A stretch of DNA of 63,995 nt, the filler included, from Basidioascus undulatus (taxonomy: Eukaryota), in NCBI GenBank assembly GCA_000826855.1. It is 9 parts of 9 records of this genome, joined end to end, with 100 filler letters (N's around TTAATTAATTAA, not from the genome) between each part and the next. Parts side by side here need not be neighbours in the genome. Positions count along the whole stretch, not along the records: positions 50,005 to 54,738 come from JTLS01002087.1; positions 54,839 to 59,569 come from JTLS01002088.1; positions 59,670 to 63,995 come from JTLS01002174.1; 6 more parts are not named here. One strand, written 5' to 3'. The notes below the pieces were generated by a model. That model saw nothing but the letters and a program-made list of their open reading frames with translations. It had not been told where the DNA came from and did not search any database. Position numbers and translations under genes: made by a program. The first letter of the stretch is position 1; each line of letters begins with the position of its first letter. Positions 50,005 through 61,381 of this stretch are shown here, in pieces.

Positions 50005-53000
50005 CGGTCGTCGCCTCGTCAGACGTGAAGACGATCTCGCGGACGTTAAGCTCCTCGCGGACGTAGCCCTCGAGCGAGCGAACGTCGTCGAGGAACTCAG
50101 CTTCGGGGTGGAAGATAATGAGCTCCTTGAGCGGCGTCTACAGAAGGTGGAACCGCAAATCAGCGTCTGCGACCGACACGCTACACCAGTAATCAACCGC
50201 AACGCACCTTGAGCGCGACCTTCTGCTTTTCGCGGACGAAGCGGCCGAGCTCGATGACGGCCTGCATGCGCTTGACCTGGCGCTGGATGACCGGGTCAAA
50301 GTACTCGGTGCGGACCTCCGGGAAGGGGAGGAAGTGGACGGAGCGGTTGTCCTCCTCGGAGGGCGGGAGGTGCGGGCGCAGGCTTTGGTAGAGGTTCTCG
50401 GTGAGGAAGGGGGTGAAGGAGGACTGCGAGGACAAGGCAGCTTTCGCGTTAGCCAAAAGCTGAGAGAAGCGGGCAGGGGCGTGAGCGGCGAAGGACGGAC
50501 CATGGTGCGGCAGAGGGTGAAGAGCGTCTCGAAGAGCGTGTTGAGCGCCGCGACGGTGTCCTCTGTGCCGCGCTCGCCCTTCAGGCGTTTGCGGTTGAAG
50601 CGGATGTACCAGTTCGTGAGCTCGTCGATGAGGTTGAGTAGGCGGGGGATGACGGTGTAGAGGCGGTAAGCTGCGTTCAACCACATAACCGTCAGTACGT
50701 CTGCGCGCCAACGTACCGCACCACGCAGGCGCTGGGGGAGGGGCGGCGGGGGGTGAGGATGACGGGGAAAAACGCACCAGCCATCTCCTCTCGCACGAGC
50801 TTGATCAAGCTCTGGCAGCGGGCGAGGACCCACCGGTCCATGACGTTGTCCGACTTTGGCGCAGCGGGGTCATATTTGAACTCGATGCCGTGCTCCTTCT
50901 TGAGGAGCGCGACCTGGCCGAGGAAAAAGCGGAACGAGTTGAGCCAGGGGAGAAGCACGCGCGAGATGACCTCCTTGACGCCCTCCTCCCGGAAGCGCAG
51001 GTTCTCGCCGCGCACGATAGGCGAGTTGACGAGGAACATGCTGCGAGTGCGGGTACAATTACCATCAGCATTGCAATTGCTCAGCGCACGTGGGTGGGGA
51101 TGGGACACGTACCGAAGCGCGTCCGCACCGTACTGCTCCATGATGATGCCCGGGTCGGGGTAGTTCTTGAGGCTCTTGCTCATCTTCTTGCCGTCGCTGC
51201 ACCCCTCTCACGCACATCAGCCCCGGAACCAGCACCCAACATAACCTTCCGACACGCACGCAGCTAGGACAAGACCGGTGGTGATGAGGTTCTTCCACGG
51301 GGCCTTTCCGAAGAGGTGGGTCGCGAGGACGAGGAGAGTGTAGAACCATCCGCGGGTCTGGTCGATGCCCTCGGAGACAAAGTCCGCCGGGAACGACTTC
51401 CCGAACTGCTCCTTGTTCTCGAAGGGGTAGTGCGCCTGGGCGTACGGCATCCTGTCCCGCATTCAACATTAGCCACGCACACGTGGGAACGGAGGAGGTC
51501 GGGGAAGGGAGGAGGGGAAGAGGGAAAAAGGGAAGACGCACGACCCCGACTCGAACCAGCAGTCAAACACCTCCTCCACGCGGCGGAGCGTGCCCTTGCC
51601 CTTCTGGGACGGGATCGTGATGTGGTCGATGCGGTCGCGGTGGAGGTCCGTGATGCCCGTCACGCCCGACAGGCGCTCGAGCTCCTCGATCGAGCCGACC
51701 GCGACGACCTGTCCCGCCGCCCCATCTCATCTCATCAGCCGCGCACATGCGAGGAGGGGGGGTGGCGAGGTGGGGGTATGAGGGGAGAAGCCGCACCTCC
51801 TCGTAGTCGTCGCTGACCCAGAGCGGGATCGGCGTGCCCCAGTAGCGGTTCCGGGAGATGTTCCAGTCGCGCGCGTTCTGGAGCCAGTTGCCGAAGCGGC
51901 CCTCGCCGACGTTGGCAGGGACCCTGAGCGTCCGCCCGTCCTCTTTATCAGTACCTTGCTCGCTCTTTGCCACAAGTGGAAGGGCTGGGAAGGGAGAGGA
52001 GGTGGAAGGGGGAGGAGCGAAGGACGCACCAGAGCGTCTCGGCGTTATTCTTGACGAGGTCCCCGACGATGTCGCCAACCTTGACGAACCAGACGGGGAT
52101 GGCCTTGTAGATGAGGGGGGTGCCGGAGCTGTTTGCGACGTCACATCAGCCTGCGCGCAGGTGAGAGGGAAGACGGGGGACGCGACGCACCGCCAGCAGA
52201 AGGGGTACTGATGCTGGAGCGTAGACTGGACGATGAGCCTCCCCCGGGCCTTCAAGGTCTTCTGGATGTCCTTGTCCGCCGTCTGTCTCGTCCCCCACAC
52301 CCCAATCAGCCCCTCCTCCTCCTCCCCTCTTCCCCTGCCGCCCCAAGCCAGCCCAAAGACAAACCTTCACATGCACGCCCTTCCAATCCGGCACGTCGTC
52401 GGTGAAGCGCCCGGACTCGTCGACGGGGCACGGCGGCATCTCGTCGGGGCGGATGACCTTGTTGGCGATCGCGATGCGGTGGTCGTCGTCGCCGAAGGCC
52501 GGGGCTTGGTGGACGATGCCCGTGCCCGAGTCCGAGGTGACGTACGTGTCGACGAGGACTTTGAAGGCCGTGTCTTTGAACTGTTGGCCCAGCGAGATGG
52601 GCATCAGCAGCATGCTGCCGTGAAGAGGGAAATGGAGAAGGAAGGGCGGGGAAGACGAAGGGAAACGGAAAGGAAGTAGCGCACATTCTCATAGAAAAAG
52701 TTGAAGATCGGCTCGTACTTCCACCCCTCCATCTCCTTGCCCTTCAGCGTCTGCAAGACCTTGTACTTGGCCTTCTTCGGGTCCTTGTACAGCGTCCCGA
52801 GGAGCTTCTCGTGGAGGATAAAGTTGATGCCGCGCTCCTCGTCGTGGATCTTGACATACGTGAACTCGGGGTGCACGCAGAGCGCGAGGTTCGAGGGCAG
52901 CGTCCAGGGCGTTGTCGTCCAGGCAAGGAGGGACGTGGTGGGGTCAGAGAGGAGAGGGAAGGAGACGGTCACTGGGGGAGGGGAGGGTAAGAGCGCAGAA

Positions 53001-53933
53001 GGGAGGGGGGAACGGATGACGGGGTGGGGAAGAGTGAAGACGGAAGAGGTGAAGAGGAGACGCACCGGCCGGGTCGGACACATCCTTGTACGCCTGGCCC
53101 GCCTCAAAGTTGGACAGCGGCGTCGTGCACGCGGTCGAGTACGGCATGACCCTCAGCCCTCGATAAACCAAGCCCTTCTTGAACAGCTCCCCAAAGACCC
53201 ACCACACGCTCTCCATGAACGGCGTGTTGAGCGTCTTGTAATCGTCATCAAAGTCGATCCAGCGGCCCATGCGCTCGACGGTCTTGCGCCAGTCAGACGA
53301 GTAGCGCATGACGATCGCGCGGCACTCGGCATTGTACGCTGCAATCCCCATCTTGAGCACGTCCTCCTTGCCCGAGATGCCTAGCTTCTTGTCGATCTCG
53401 TGCTCGACGGGCAGACCGTGCGTGTCCCACCCGAAGCGACGAGGGACGTGGAAGCCTTGCGCGCAGGCATGGCGGGTCACGATGTCCTTGGAGAGGGGCG
53501 GTGTGTCAGTGTTCTCCTCTACCCTGCCCGTACTTTCTACCATCCCTCCCGGCCCCTCCCCCACCCCTTTAACTCGCCCCTCCCGCTCACCTTGACCGTC
53601 CCCGCAAGCAGATGCCCATAATGCGGCAAACCCGTAGCGAACGGCGGTCCGTCGTAAAACGAGAAGAGGGGCTTGCCCTCGGAGAGCTGGAGCTGAGTCT
53701 TGAACGCGTCGATCTCGCGCCAGAACTCGATCACTTTCTTCTCCTGTCCTCCCATTCACCCCACCCACATCAGCCCCCGTCCTTCCCCTGCCCTATGTCT
53801 GTGAGCCGCAGACCTCAGCGGGGAAGTTAAAAGGCGCCGAGACTGCGTGGGCGGCGTGAGTGCAGGGAAGACGAAGACGAAGGGAGAAGACCGAGCGCGA
53901 GGGGGACGGACTGTCGTGTGCGGGGAACGCCAT
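50005..53933 (-). CDS. ILS1: Cytoplasmic isoleucyl-tRNA synthetase, 3' end truncated
   Basis: [14 protein letters not shown] (HIGH); [64 protein letters not shown]. Confidence 0.97.
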
Positions 53934-54622
53934 GATGGGGGCGCGATGGGTGCGGGGTCAGAGACGAGGGTGGCGAATCGAAAGGTCGACTGCGGCCTCG
54001 ATAGTCGTCTACGACCGAGTCAGTGCGATGAGAGCGAGATAGCTAAGGCTGGGATGCTGACTCGAAATTGGAAAGGCAAGGTGAGTCTTCCCCGGACAAG
54101 TCAAGGAGCTTTCGGCGATCGCGTTTCCGTTTCGGCGGGCAGCCCACATCGTCTTCCTCTACTCTTCCTTTTCTTCATCTTACTGTCACGAAGTCTTTAT
54201 CTAATATACCAGCAGGTCTACACAAAACAATCTGGATGTTATTGTTCCGAGAACGCGTCGTCCTGACCCTCAACCCCGTTTCACATCTCCCGCTCACCCC
54301 CTCCGCTGCCACTCTGCTGCATGTTCGTCGTTGCGCAACGACCGAACACCCACCCGCGCCGTGATCGGGCAATCCTGCCCCTTCCTTCCACTTCCGCTTT
54401 CCAGTAATTCTAACTCTCACGAGCATGAGGGTGTCGAGATACGCTCACGCTCACTTAACCGTCGACCTTCGCTCGCTCGCTCGCTCGATCGTTACTCCAG
54501 CGTCTTGAGCGCTCCTCCTCCGTCCCTCTTTCCTTTCTCTCTCATTTTATCCTCTACAGCCTTCTTACTCACCCCTCAAACTAATCCCATCCCCTCCAAC
54601 TCTCGTCCTTCTCACACTCATC

Positions 54623-54738
54623 ATGCCCGTCCTCCAGCGCTCCCCCGCCCAGGCCCACGCCTACTCCTACACTCCCCTCCCTACGACCCCGACCTCCCCC
54701 TCATTTTCCTCCTTCCCGCGTTCGCCCGCCCTACCCCC
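54623..54738 (+). CDS. Possible start of a gene divergent from ILS1 (Pro/Ser-rich N-terminus), truncated
   Basis: ATG in CATCATG context after a CT-rich leader; open to the contig end (MPVLQRSPAQAHAYSYTPLPTTP...). Confidence 0.35.
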
Positions 54739-55929
54739 NNNNNNNNNNNNNNNNNNNNNNNNNNNNNNNNNNNNNNNNNNNNTTAATTAATTAANNNNNN
54801 NNNNNNNNNNNNNNNNNNNNNNNNNNNNNNNNNNNNNNGGGGCCGGGGTGGATGGCGAGGACGACGTCGGGGATAGCAGCGTCGGTGGCGGGAGATGGAT
54901 TGCGGCGATGGAACGGGACTCAGAGAGCGTCGGGAATGGGCAAAGCTCCGATAAGGCACGAGGTGTGAGCGTGGAATGAGTTGATGGTGGGTGTGAAGCA
55001 GAACGGACGCGGCTGCATGCACCGAGCAGTCATGCGCAGGCGGCTTGCTTACTGCCTTAGTAAGCCTAATATTATGCCACAAAGGGCTTGCAGCGGCCTG
55101 GCCTTATTTGGCCTTATCGTGCACGGCTCCTTGCAGCCTGGCCCCTTTCTCCACAAATGGTCACATTTCAACAGAACACAGCCTCAGAACCTGTTCACGT
55201 TCCATCAGCTCGTGAGCAAGTCAAGCGAGTTTGTTCATGCCGAGGAGGAGGAGCCGGAAGCAGCAGAAGGAACCTTCTAGTCACCAGCGGAACCGCGTGC
55301 TATTGCACCCTACAAACCAACAAGTGCAAATTGCTCGCGCGATAATGGCGATCGATCAGGCAATGCCGACACACGTTGTTAGGTGTCGCGTCATACGCAA
55401 CGACGCGCGTCTTGCCGCCAACGCTCGGCACAGCGGCGGCGGCCCTCGCTGAAGTTTGAACGACTTGAAGGCGCATCGCTGCATGTCGGCGTGGATGCAA
55501 TTCTGTCCACCTGTAAGCCCAATTCGGGCAGACGAAAGATATATCCGGCCCAAACGGTGCTTGTTGGAAGGCAGACAGACTGTCGGAGTGAGATGCAAAT
55601 TTTCACCGCATTGTTTGCCTGCTCGTGGGTGTCGCATTACTAATTGGGATTAATGCACTGGCTATCGGAGCATTGGATATCGAGATCTGTCTGTCGAGAA
55701 GAAAGGAAACGTTAGGCTGGCAAAGGGTGCAGTCCCCGTGCCGCACTTGGGTTCTCCTCAAGGACCTCCGCCTCCGCATGTTCCAACTAGAAAACTTCTG
55801 ACGTTCCCTTTCCTGTTTCATGGAGCTCTCAATGTTCCTGGATAGCTACTACTGACTCAATCCGGGAGTACGACGATGTAGTACATGCCTTTTAAATGCG
55901 GCTGCAGCCCTCCTTCAACAACCCATCGA

Positions 55930-57126
55930 CTCGCTAGAAACGTCCATATTTCCCTCCAGTCGGCTGAACTTTCACTCGCGGGAAACTTCTCCCAAACCCC
56001 AGAAGTGCATCATCTCCAACCTGGGCAGGTGCTGAGCGAGCACGAGCGCCTGTTCCTCGCTGCCCAACCCCGATGCTCCGACCTCCTACAACGCCTTTCC
56101 AAGACAGATTTCCCGCCGGGTCAGATCCGGCGTTTTGCTTCCGCGCAATGGAGGGACGGTGATCTGGTTTCAGCAAGCTGGACCTTCAGTGACCGACATC
56201 AGGACCACCAAAAAAAAACGCAAGTACGTACCAGGTAGAACTCCTCCCCTGTACCGACCAAGTTCTCCCCGAGCTTCAGCGACTGGAGCTTCGGGAACGC
56301 CCAAAGCAGCTCCAGCGCGTCGCTGTACTTGGGGTACAAGAGCCCCTCGATCCTGAGCTCGCCCACCCTGCTCTCGCGGGCGTCAACGCCTTTGCTCCCG
56401 CCCACAAGCGACCCTACCAAGCACCATCCCTCCTTGCCCGTCCCCGCGCGCCGCGCCCTATACGACGGCGCCCCGAAACCGAAGGTGCGGCTGCGCGCGT
56501 GGATGTGGATGCGCGTGAGGCGCGCGCACGCGTAGAACGGCAGCGGCTTGGGCAGGTGCGTCCCACATTTGTCTCGGAAGGGGCGCACCCCGCTGTATCC
56601 CCTCACACCGTAAGGGAGAAGGTGCGCAGGTTCCGGCTTGATTAGTTGAGGTTAGAAAGCGGACGGATCTCGAGCTGCTGGCTTGGAGGAAGGTGAAGCT
56701 TGATGTGTCTGAGTGGAGTGTGCAATGACCGTCCTGTCAGCTACAGTGAGGGGTACAACTTCGCGTCGAAAGGAAGAAGATACTTGATATATCTGCAAGC
56801 CTCCCACCTCGCCATCTCCCTCATCACTCTTTAGAAGCATAGACCCTCCGCAAAGCCTTGGAGTTTTCCGTCTCCTGGCCCCGCTCCTCCGCCACGCCCG
56901 CACCCCTTTGCGAAGCCGGGACGTCCGCCCACCCGACCTGTATCCGCTCCCACAGGACCGAGAGTGCGAGATCCCCCATGTTGCGGCTGGTCAGACAGAG
57001 CGCAGCGAGCGCGGCGCGAGTGGCGAATGAGGAACTGCCGGCGTCCAACTCGAATGCCAGATCCGCCCGCAGGTGGGAGACAATTCGGATGAGGATGATG
57101 TCGTGATGGAGGGGCTGGGTGGGCAT
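55930..57126 (-). pseudogene. F-box/LRR-like protein, degenerate (3' limit approximate)
   Basis: PLHHDIILIRIVSHL...ALAALCLTSR...ALSVLWERIQV, stop at 56824; downstream LRR-like pieces LLWAFPKLQSLKL and LAQHLPRLEMMHF in broken frames. Confidence 0.5.
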
Positions 57127-58155
57127 GGTGGTGGTGGTCGTTGTGGTGGTGGTGTAAGGAACTAAACGGCAACGTGAGTGGAGGACGGGCTTTGTGCATT
57201 GTGAATGTTGGATGTCCGCGAGACATTGGAGCATTGCGCGCACGAAGCACCTACCTGTGCGTTCTTGGGCCGTGGAAGCCGTGCAAGATTTTGTGATTGC
57301 GTTCTTTTCGCTTTTGCTTGCTCGGGAAGTTACGCGAAGTTGCAGCGCGCTCACCGCAGTGGGTCAGCGTGGGGGTGCCCTCATGCGCGCTATTTTTCGA
57401 ACGAGAATACCAGACACAGCTATAGAGCCATACAACCTAGAGTACTGATCTTTGAAAGTTCAAGTCCTTCAACTACGGCCTTCAACTGCCACGATAGCCA
57501 TCCATTTTCCGGCGCCACTGCTGCTTGCGCTCGTTCGCACCCGGAAGCCACGTTCTCTTCACGGAGGAGACCCCGCAGCGTTCATACCCACTTGGAGTGT
57601 GGTCCCGGGGCCCCCGAAGGGCGCCACGAAAAACAAACAGTTTGTAAACCGGGTCTTTCTCCCATGAAACGTAGGGCAGCCACGCGACAATGCCGTGCGT
57701 GCATACGGCCAGTGCAACGTACCAGTAGGAGTGCGACCGCCATGGGACTTTATCTGGGTGGCATCTGTGTCGGGTTTGAAATGGGTTCAATTGAATGACA
57801 AAATGGTCACATCGACCAACGTATTTCTGCCAGCAGCGGAAAGGGTCGTTGTATGGTCGCTGCGGATTGCAGGTCCGCAATCGGCAGGAGCCACTGCAGG
57901 GTTGGTACGGTGGCCCGGTTCGACTTGCTGCATTTCCCCGTTTTCTCTCAACATGACTAGTGAAATAGCTTGTTCACACTGCAGAGCTTATGCATATGAA
58001 CAAGCTGTCTAAGAAGAGGTGGGCAAGGTGCAATGCTGCCAATAGAATGGAATTTCATATCGGTCGTAGCAACGCCGATAGGGGGAATCCGGCAGCTTCC
58101 CGGCAGTTGGCTTTGCCCGCATTCCAATTCCAACGCCTGTCCTTGCCCATTCTCC

Positions 58156-59569
58156 ATGCCGAGTTCGCCATCAACAACAGCGCGGGTGCCATCACCGCCG
58201 GCGTCGTCGCGGTGGCACTCGATCCGGCCCCAGCTGTCGCTGACAGTCCGCGAAATCACATCGTGCGCAGCTCCCAAGCTCCCTTCCCACTGCCGCTCCA
58301 GGCTTCACGCGTCTTCCACCCCAGAGTCTCGCTCGTCCTCGCATGGTCCATACGCGGGCTGCACCCTCTCAAACCCTCCCTATCGACCCCCACCTCCTCC
58401 ACCCCTACGGCCGGCACGTCCCCAGCCAAGCTCCTGCGTCGGCGGCACCGGACCGGCTCGGACGATGGCGATGCGGATGCGGAGGGCGACGACTCGGGCG
58501 ACTCGACTGCAGTGGAGGATGAGCTCGGGCTCGCCGGCGTGGCGGTCAGCGTGAACGGCCTGCCGTGGAAGCAGGCGCATCTGGCCCATGTCGGCGAGGA
58601 GGAGGCCGTGCTCGTCGTCTATGGCTTGGGCCCGGGCATCGAGTATAATGTTGAGCTCAAATGGTTGGGGAGGACGGGGTCCGAAGCGGTCAGGACGGAT
58701 GGGGCGGGCGGTGAGTGCCTTTGACGCTTGTGGAGTGGGAGGTATGTCGTGCTGATGGGGCGGTGGCATCGGTACAGCACCCGCGTCGTCTTCCTCGACC
58801 CCTGACCCAGCCGGCGCACCCCTACTCGACGCTCTGCCCATCAGCAGCTCGGGTACCCCCCAGCCGGCGCGGTCACGCGCACCCTCATCCTCCGCACTCC
58901 TTCCCCCTCTCGAAGCGCAGCTCGCCTCCCTCCTCACCACGCGCGACGCGCTCGCCGCCGAGCTGAAGAAGAACCGACGCGAAGCGCAGCGGCACGGGGC
59001 GTCTCTGCAGTCCGAGATCGACGCGCTGAAGCGCGCGCTGGAGCGCACGGCGTCGGCGGACCAGCGGGGGCGGCAGAAGGTCCTTGCGCTGCAAGAGGCG
59101 ATCAAGCGCGCGCTTGCGGCGGGGGAGGAGCTGGAGGCGCAAGCGCAGGAGGTGGGGGGCGGGCAGGAGGCGCTGGAGCGGGATGGGAAGGCCGTGGAGA
59201 GCGAGTGGGGGGGCGTCGTTGAGCAAGGGAAGGCGAGCGATAGCGCCGCGAGGGAGGTCCTCGGCCAGAACCGGAAGGCCGTGGAGGGAAGGGAGGCCGA
59301 GCTCAGTGCGCTCACGGCTAGGCTAGAGAAGCTACTGGCGAGACGGGACAAGCTCGAGAAGGACACGCTGCCTGAGACGGAGGACCTCCTCGCCCAGCTC
59401 CACCGCGACGTCGAGGCGATGGAGCTCGAAGCGCGCTTTGCTCCCCCTCGCCCTCCCCCTCCCCCGCCCATGCACCACGCGCACCTACCCCCGCACTCCA
59501 CTACCTCTCCCTTCGACTACGCCCCCCACTCCCACTCCCACGCGCACCACCACTTCCGCACGTTCGGGC
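58156..59569 (+). CDS. Fungal FN3-like plus coiled-coil protein (AcrB-like architecture), 3' end truncated
   Basis: LTVREITS|RVSL; VSVNGLPW...VLVVYGLGPGIEYNVEL (FN3-like); long heptad region LKKNRREAQR..ASLQSEIDALKRALER..ADQRGRQKVLALQEAIKR. Confidence 0.65.
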
Positions 59570-59669
59570 NNNNNNNNNNNNNNNNNNNNNNNNNNNNNNN
59601 NNNNNNNNNNNNNTTAATTAATTAANNNNNNNNNNNNNNNNNNNNNNNNNNNNNNNNNNNNNNNNNNNN

Positions 59670-60902
59670 GCCTCAGTCCATCGCCGCCTCATCACCCCAC
59701 CATCACCCAATCTCCATCCGTAAACGATAGCAAGGGAAACGCACCCTCTTCATCTCTCCCCTCCGCCTCCTCCCCATCCCCCCCAACAAGCTCATCCCTA
59801 TACCTCTCCCCATACTCTCCCCTAACCGTGCGCTCCCTCTCCTTCATCCTCGCCCGTCTCTCAACCCACCACGTCCCCACCACCACGACGCCCACATACG
59901 CAACATAGAGCCCCACGAGCCCCGCGCCCTCCCAAACCTCGATCTGCCCGTCGATGAGGATGCCGAGGAGGAACGCGACGGAGACGGTGAAGAAGCCGAC
60001 GTCGCGCAGGAAGGGGAAGGGTTGGGCACGGAAGGGCTTGACGAGCGACATGGAACCCGCGACGACGGAGACGATGAAGGAGCCCGCGCCGAGCAGCTCG
60101 CCGATCGCGAGGGAGCCGGACCCCGCTTTCATTGCGGAGAAGGTGCTAAACACGTCGGGGGAACCGTTCCCGAAGGCTAGGAGGGTCGCGCCGGCCTGGG
60201 GGTCGGGGGTGAGGGGGTGAGGGGGTGCAGGGCGGAAGGGAGAGAAATCGAAAGCACGCACAACACTCTCGTTCAGCCCCAAGCGGTGGGCGATCGTCGA
60301 CAAATTAGGGCAAAAGAAATCAGACGCGACGATTCCAATCGTCGCAAAGAGCTGTCCCCCATTCTCCGTCCCGCATCAGCCTGCCATCCCCGCATGCCCC
60401 CCAGAACGAACGCAGCGCAGGCACGCACGAAAGCCATCCAGACCAGTCCCCCGGCAAAGACGAACGGCCTTGCGGGCTTGGGGGCGCAGTAGTACATGGG
60501 GAGGTAGGGCGTCTGGCCGGGCGGGACGCAGTGCGTTCGCGTCCAGCGGCACAGGTCCTTGTCCTCGGGGGAGGGGAGGGCGGGGCACTGCACTCCCACC
60601 ACCTCAGTCAACTAACTCTCCCCGTGACTCGTCTCATAGCAGGAAGAAAGCAAACGCACCTCCTTCTTCTTCAGCACCGACACATCTCCCCCACTCCAGT
60701 CCCAGTCCGCTTCCCACTCCGTCTCGTTCGTCCAGCTCCGCCGTGCGAGCCGCGCCAGGCCCGCCCCACTGGAGCCAGAGGGAGCAAGGGAAGCGAAGTC
60801 GTGCGCGGCCCCGAGACGCACGGACGTCCGCCAGCCGAGAAGGTTGAGTGCGGTGCAGGCTGCGAAGAGGAGGAAGGTCGTCGAGCGGGTCGGGCGGCGC
60901 AT
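59670..60902 (-). CDS. Cation/Ca2+ exchanger (CCX/NCLX, Ecm27-like), 3' end truncated
   Basis: IGIVASDFFCPNLSTIA; alpha-1 repeat AGATLLAFGNGSPDVFSTFSAM; GELLGAGSFIVSVVAG; FLRDVGFF. Confidence 0.93.
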
Positions 60903-61381
60903 GGGAGGATGCGCGCGCGGGGGCGGGTGGGCTAGGGGTACGAGATGATGGCGGTGATCCTTGGGTAAGTAGTGTCGTGTGCGGACGGGGTGAGGGAGTG
61001 ATTAATGGGCGTAAGAGCGGAAAAGAGTGTGAGTGTGGGAGGCGGAGGCTGTGTGGATGGGAATGGGAATGGGAAGGTGCGAGTGGAAGGATGCGACTGT
61101 TCGGTTGAGAAGGAGGAATGCAGGCGAGCGTGAGGCGTGAGGCTGTCAACTGCCGCCGGATGACGTCTGGCTGCAAGGAGCGCGATAACGCTCGTCGTCG
61201 ACGTTCGGAATAGCGTCCACTGGGCTTTCAATGCTGATTATGTGTGAGTTATGCGTGTAATCTGAGCGTCGAGGGCGGTGTACCAGACGTCAAGCAGCAG
61301 TTCCATGAGGCGGAAGGAAACACGTGAACATGCGCCCTTGCTCGCGTGTGCTTCCCCTGCCCTCCCTTCGCTCTCTTCCTC

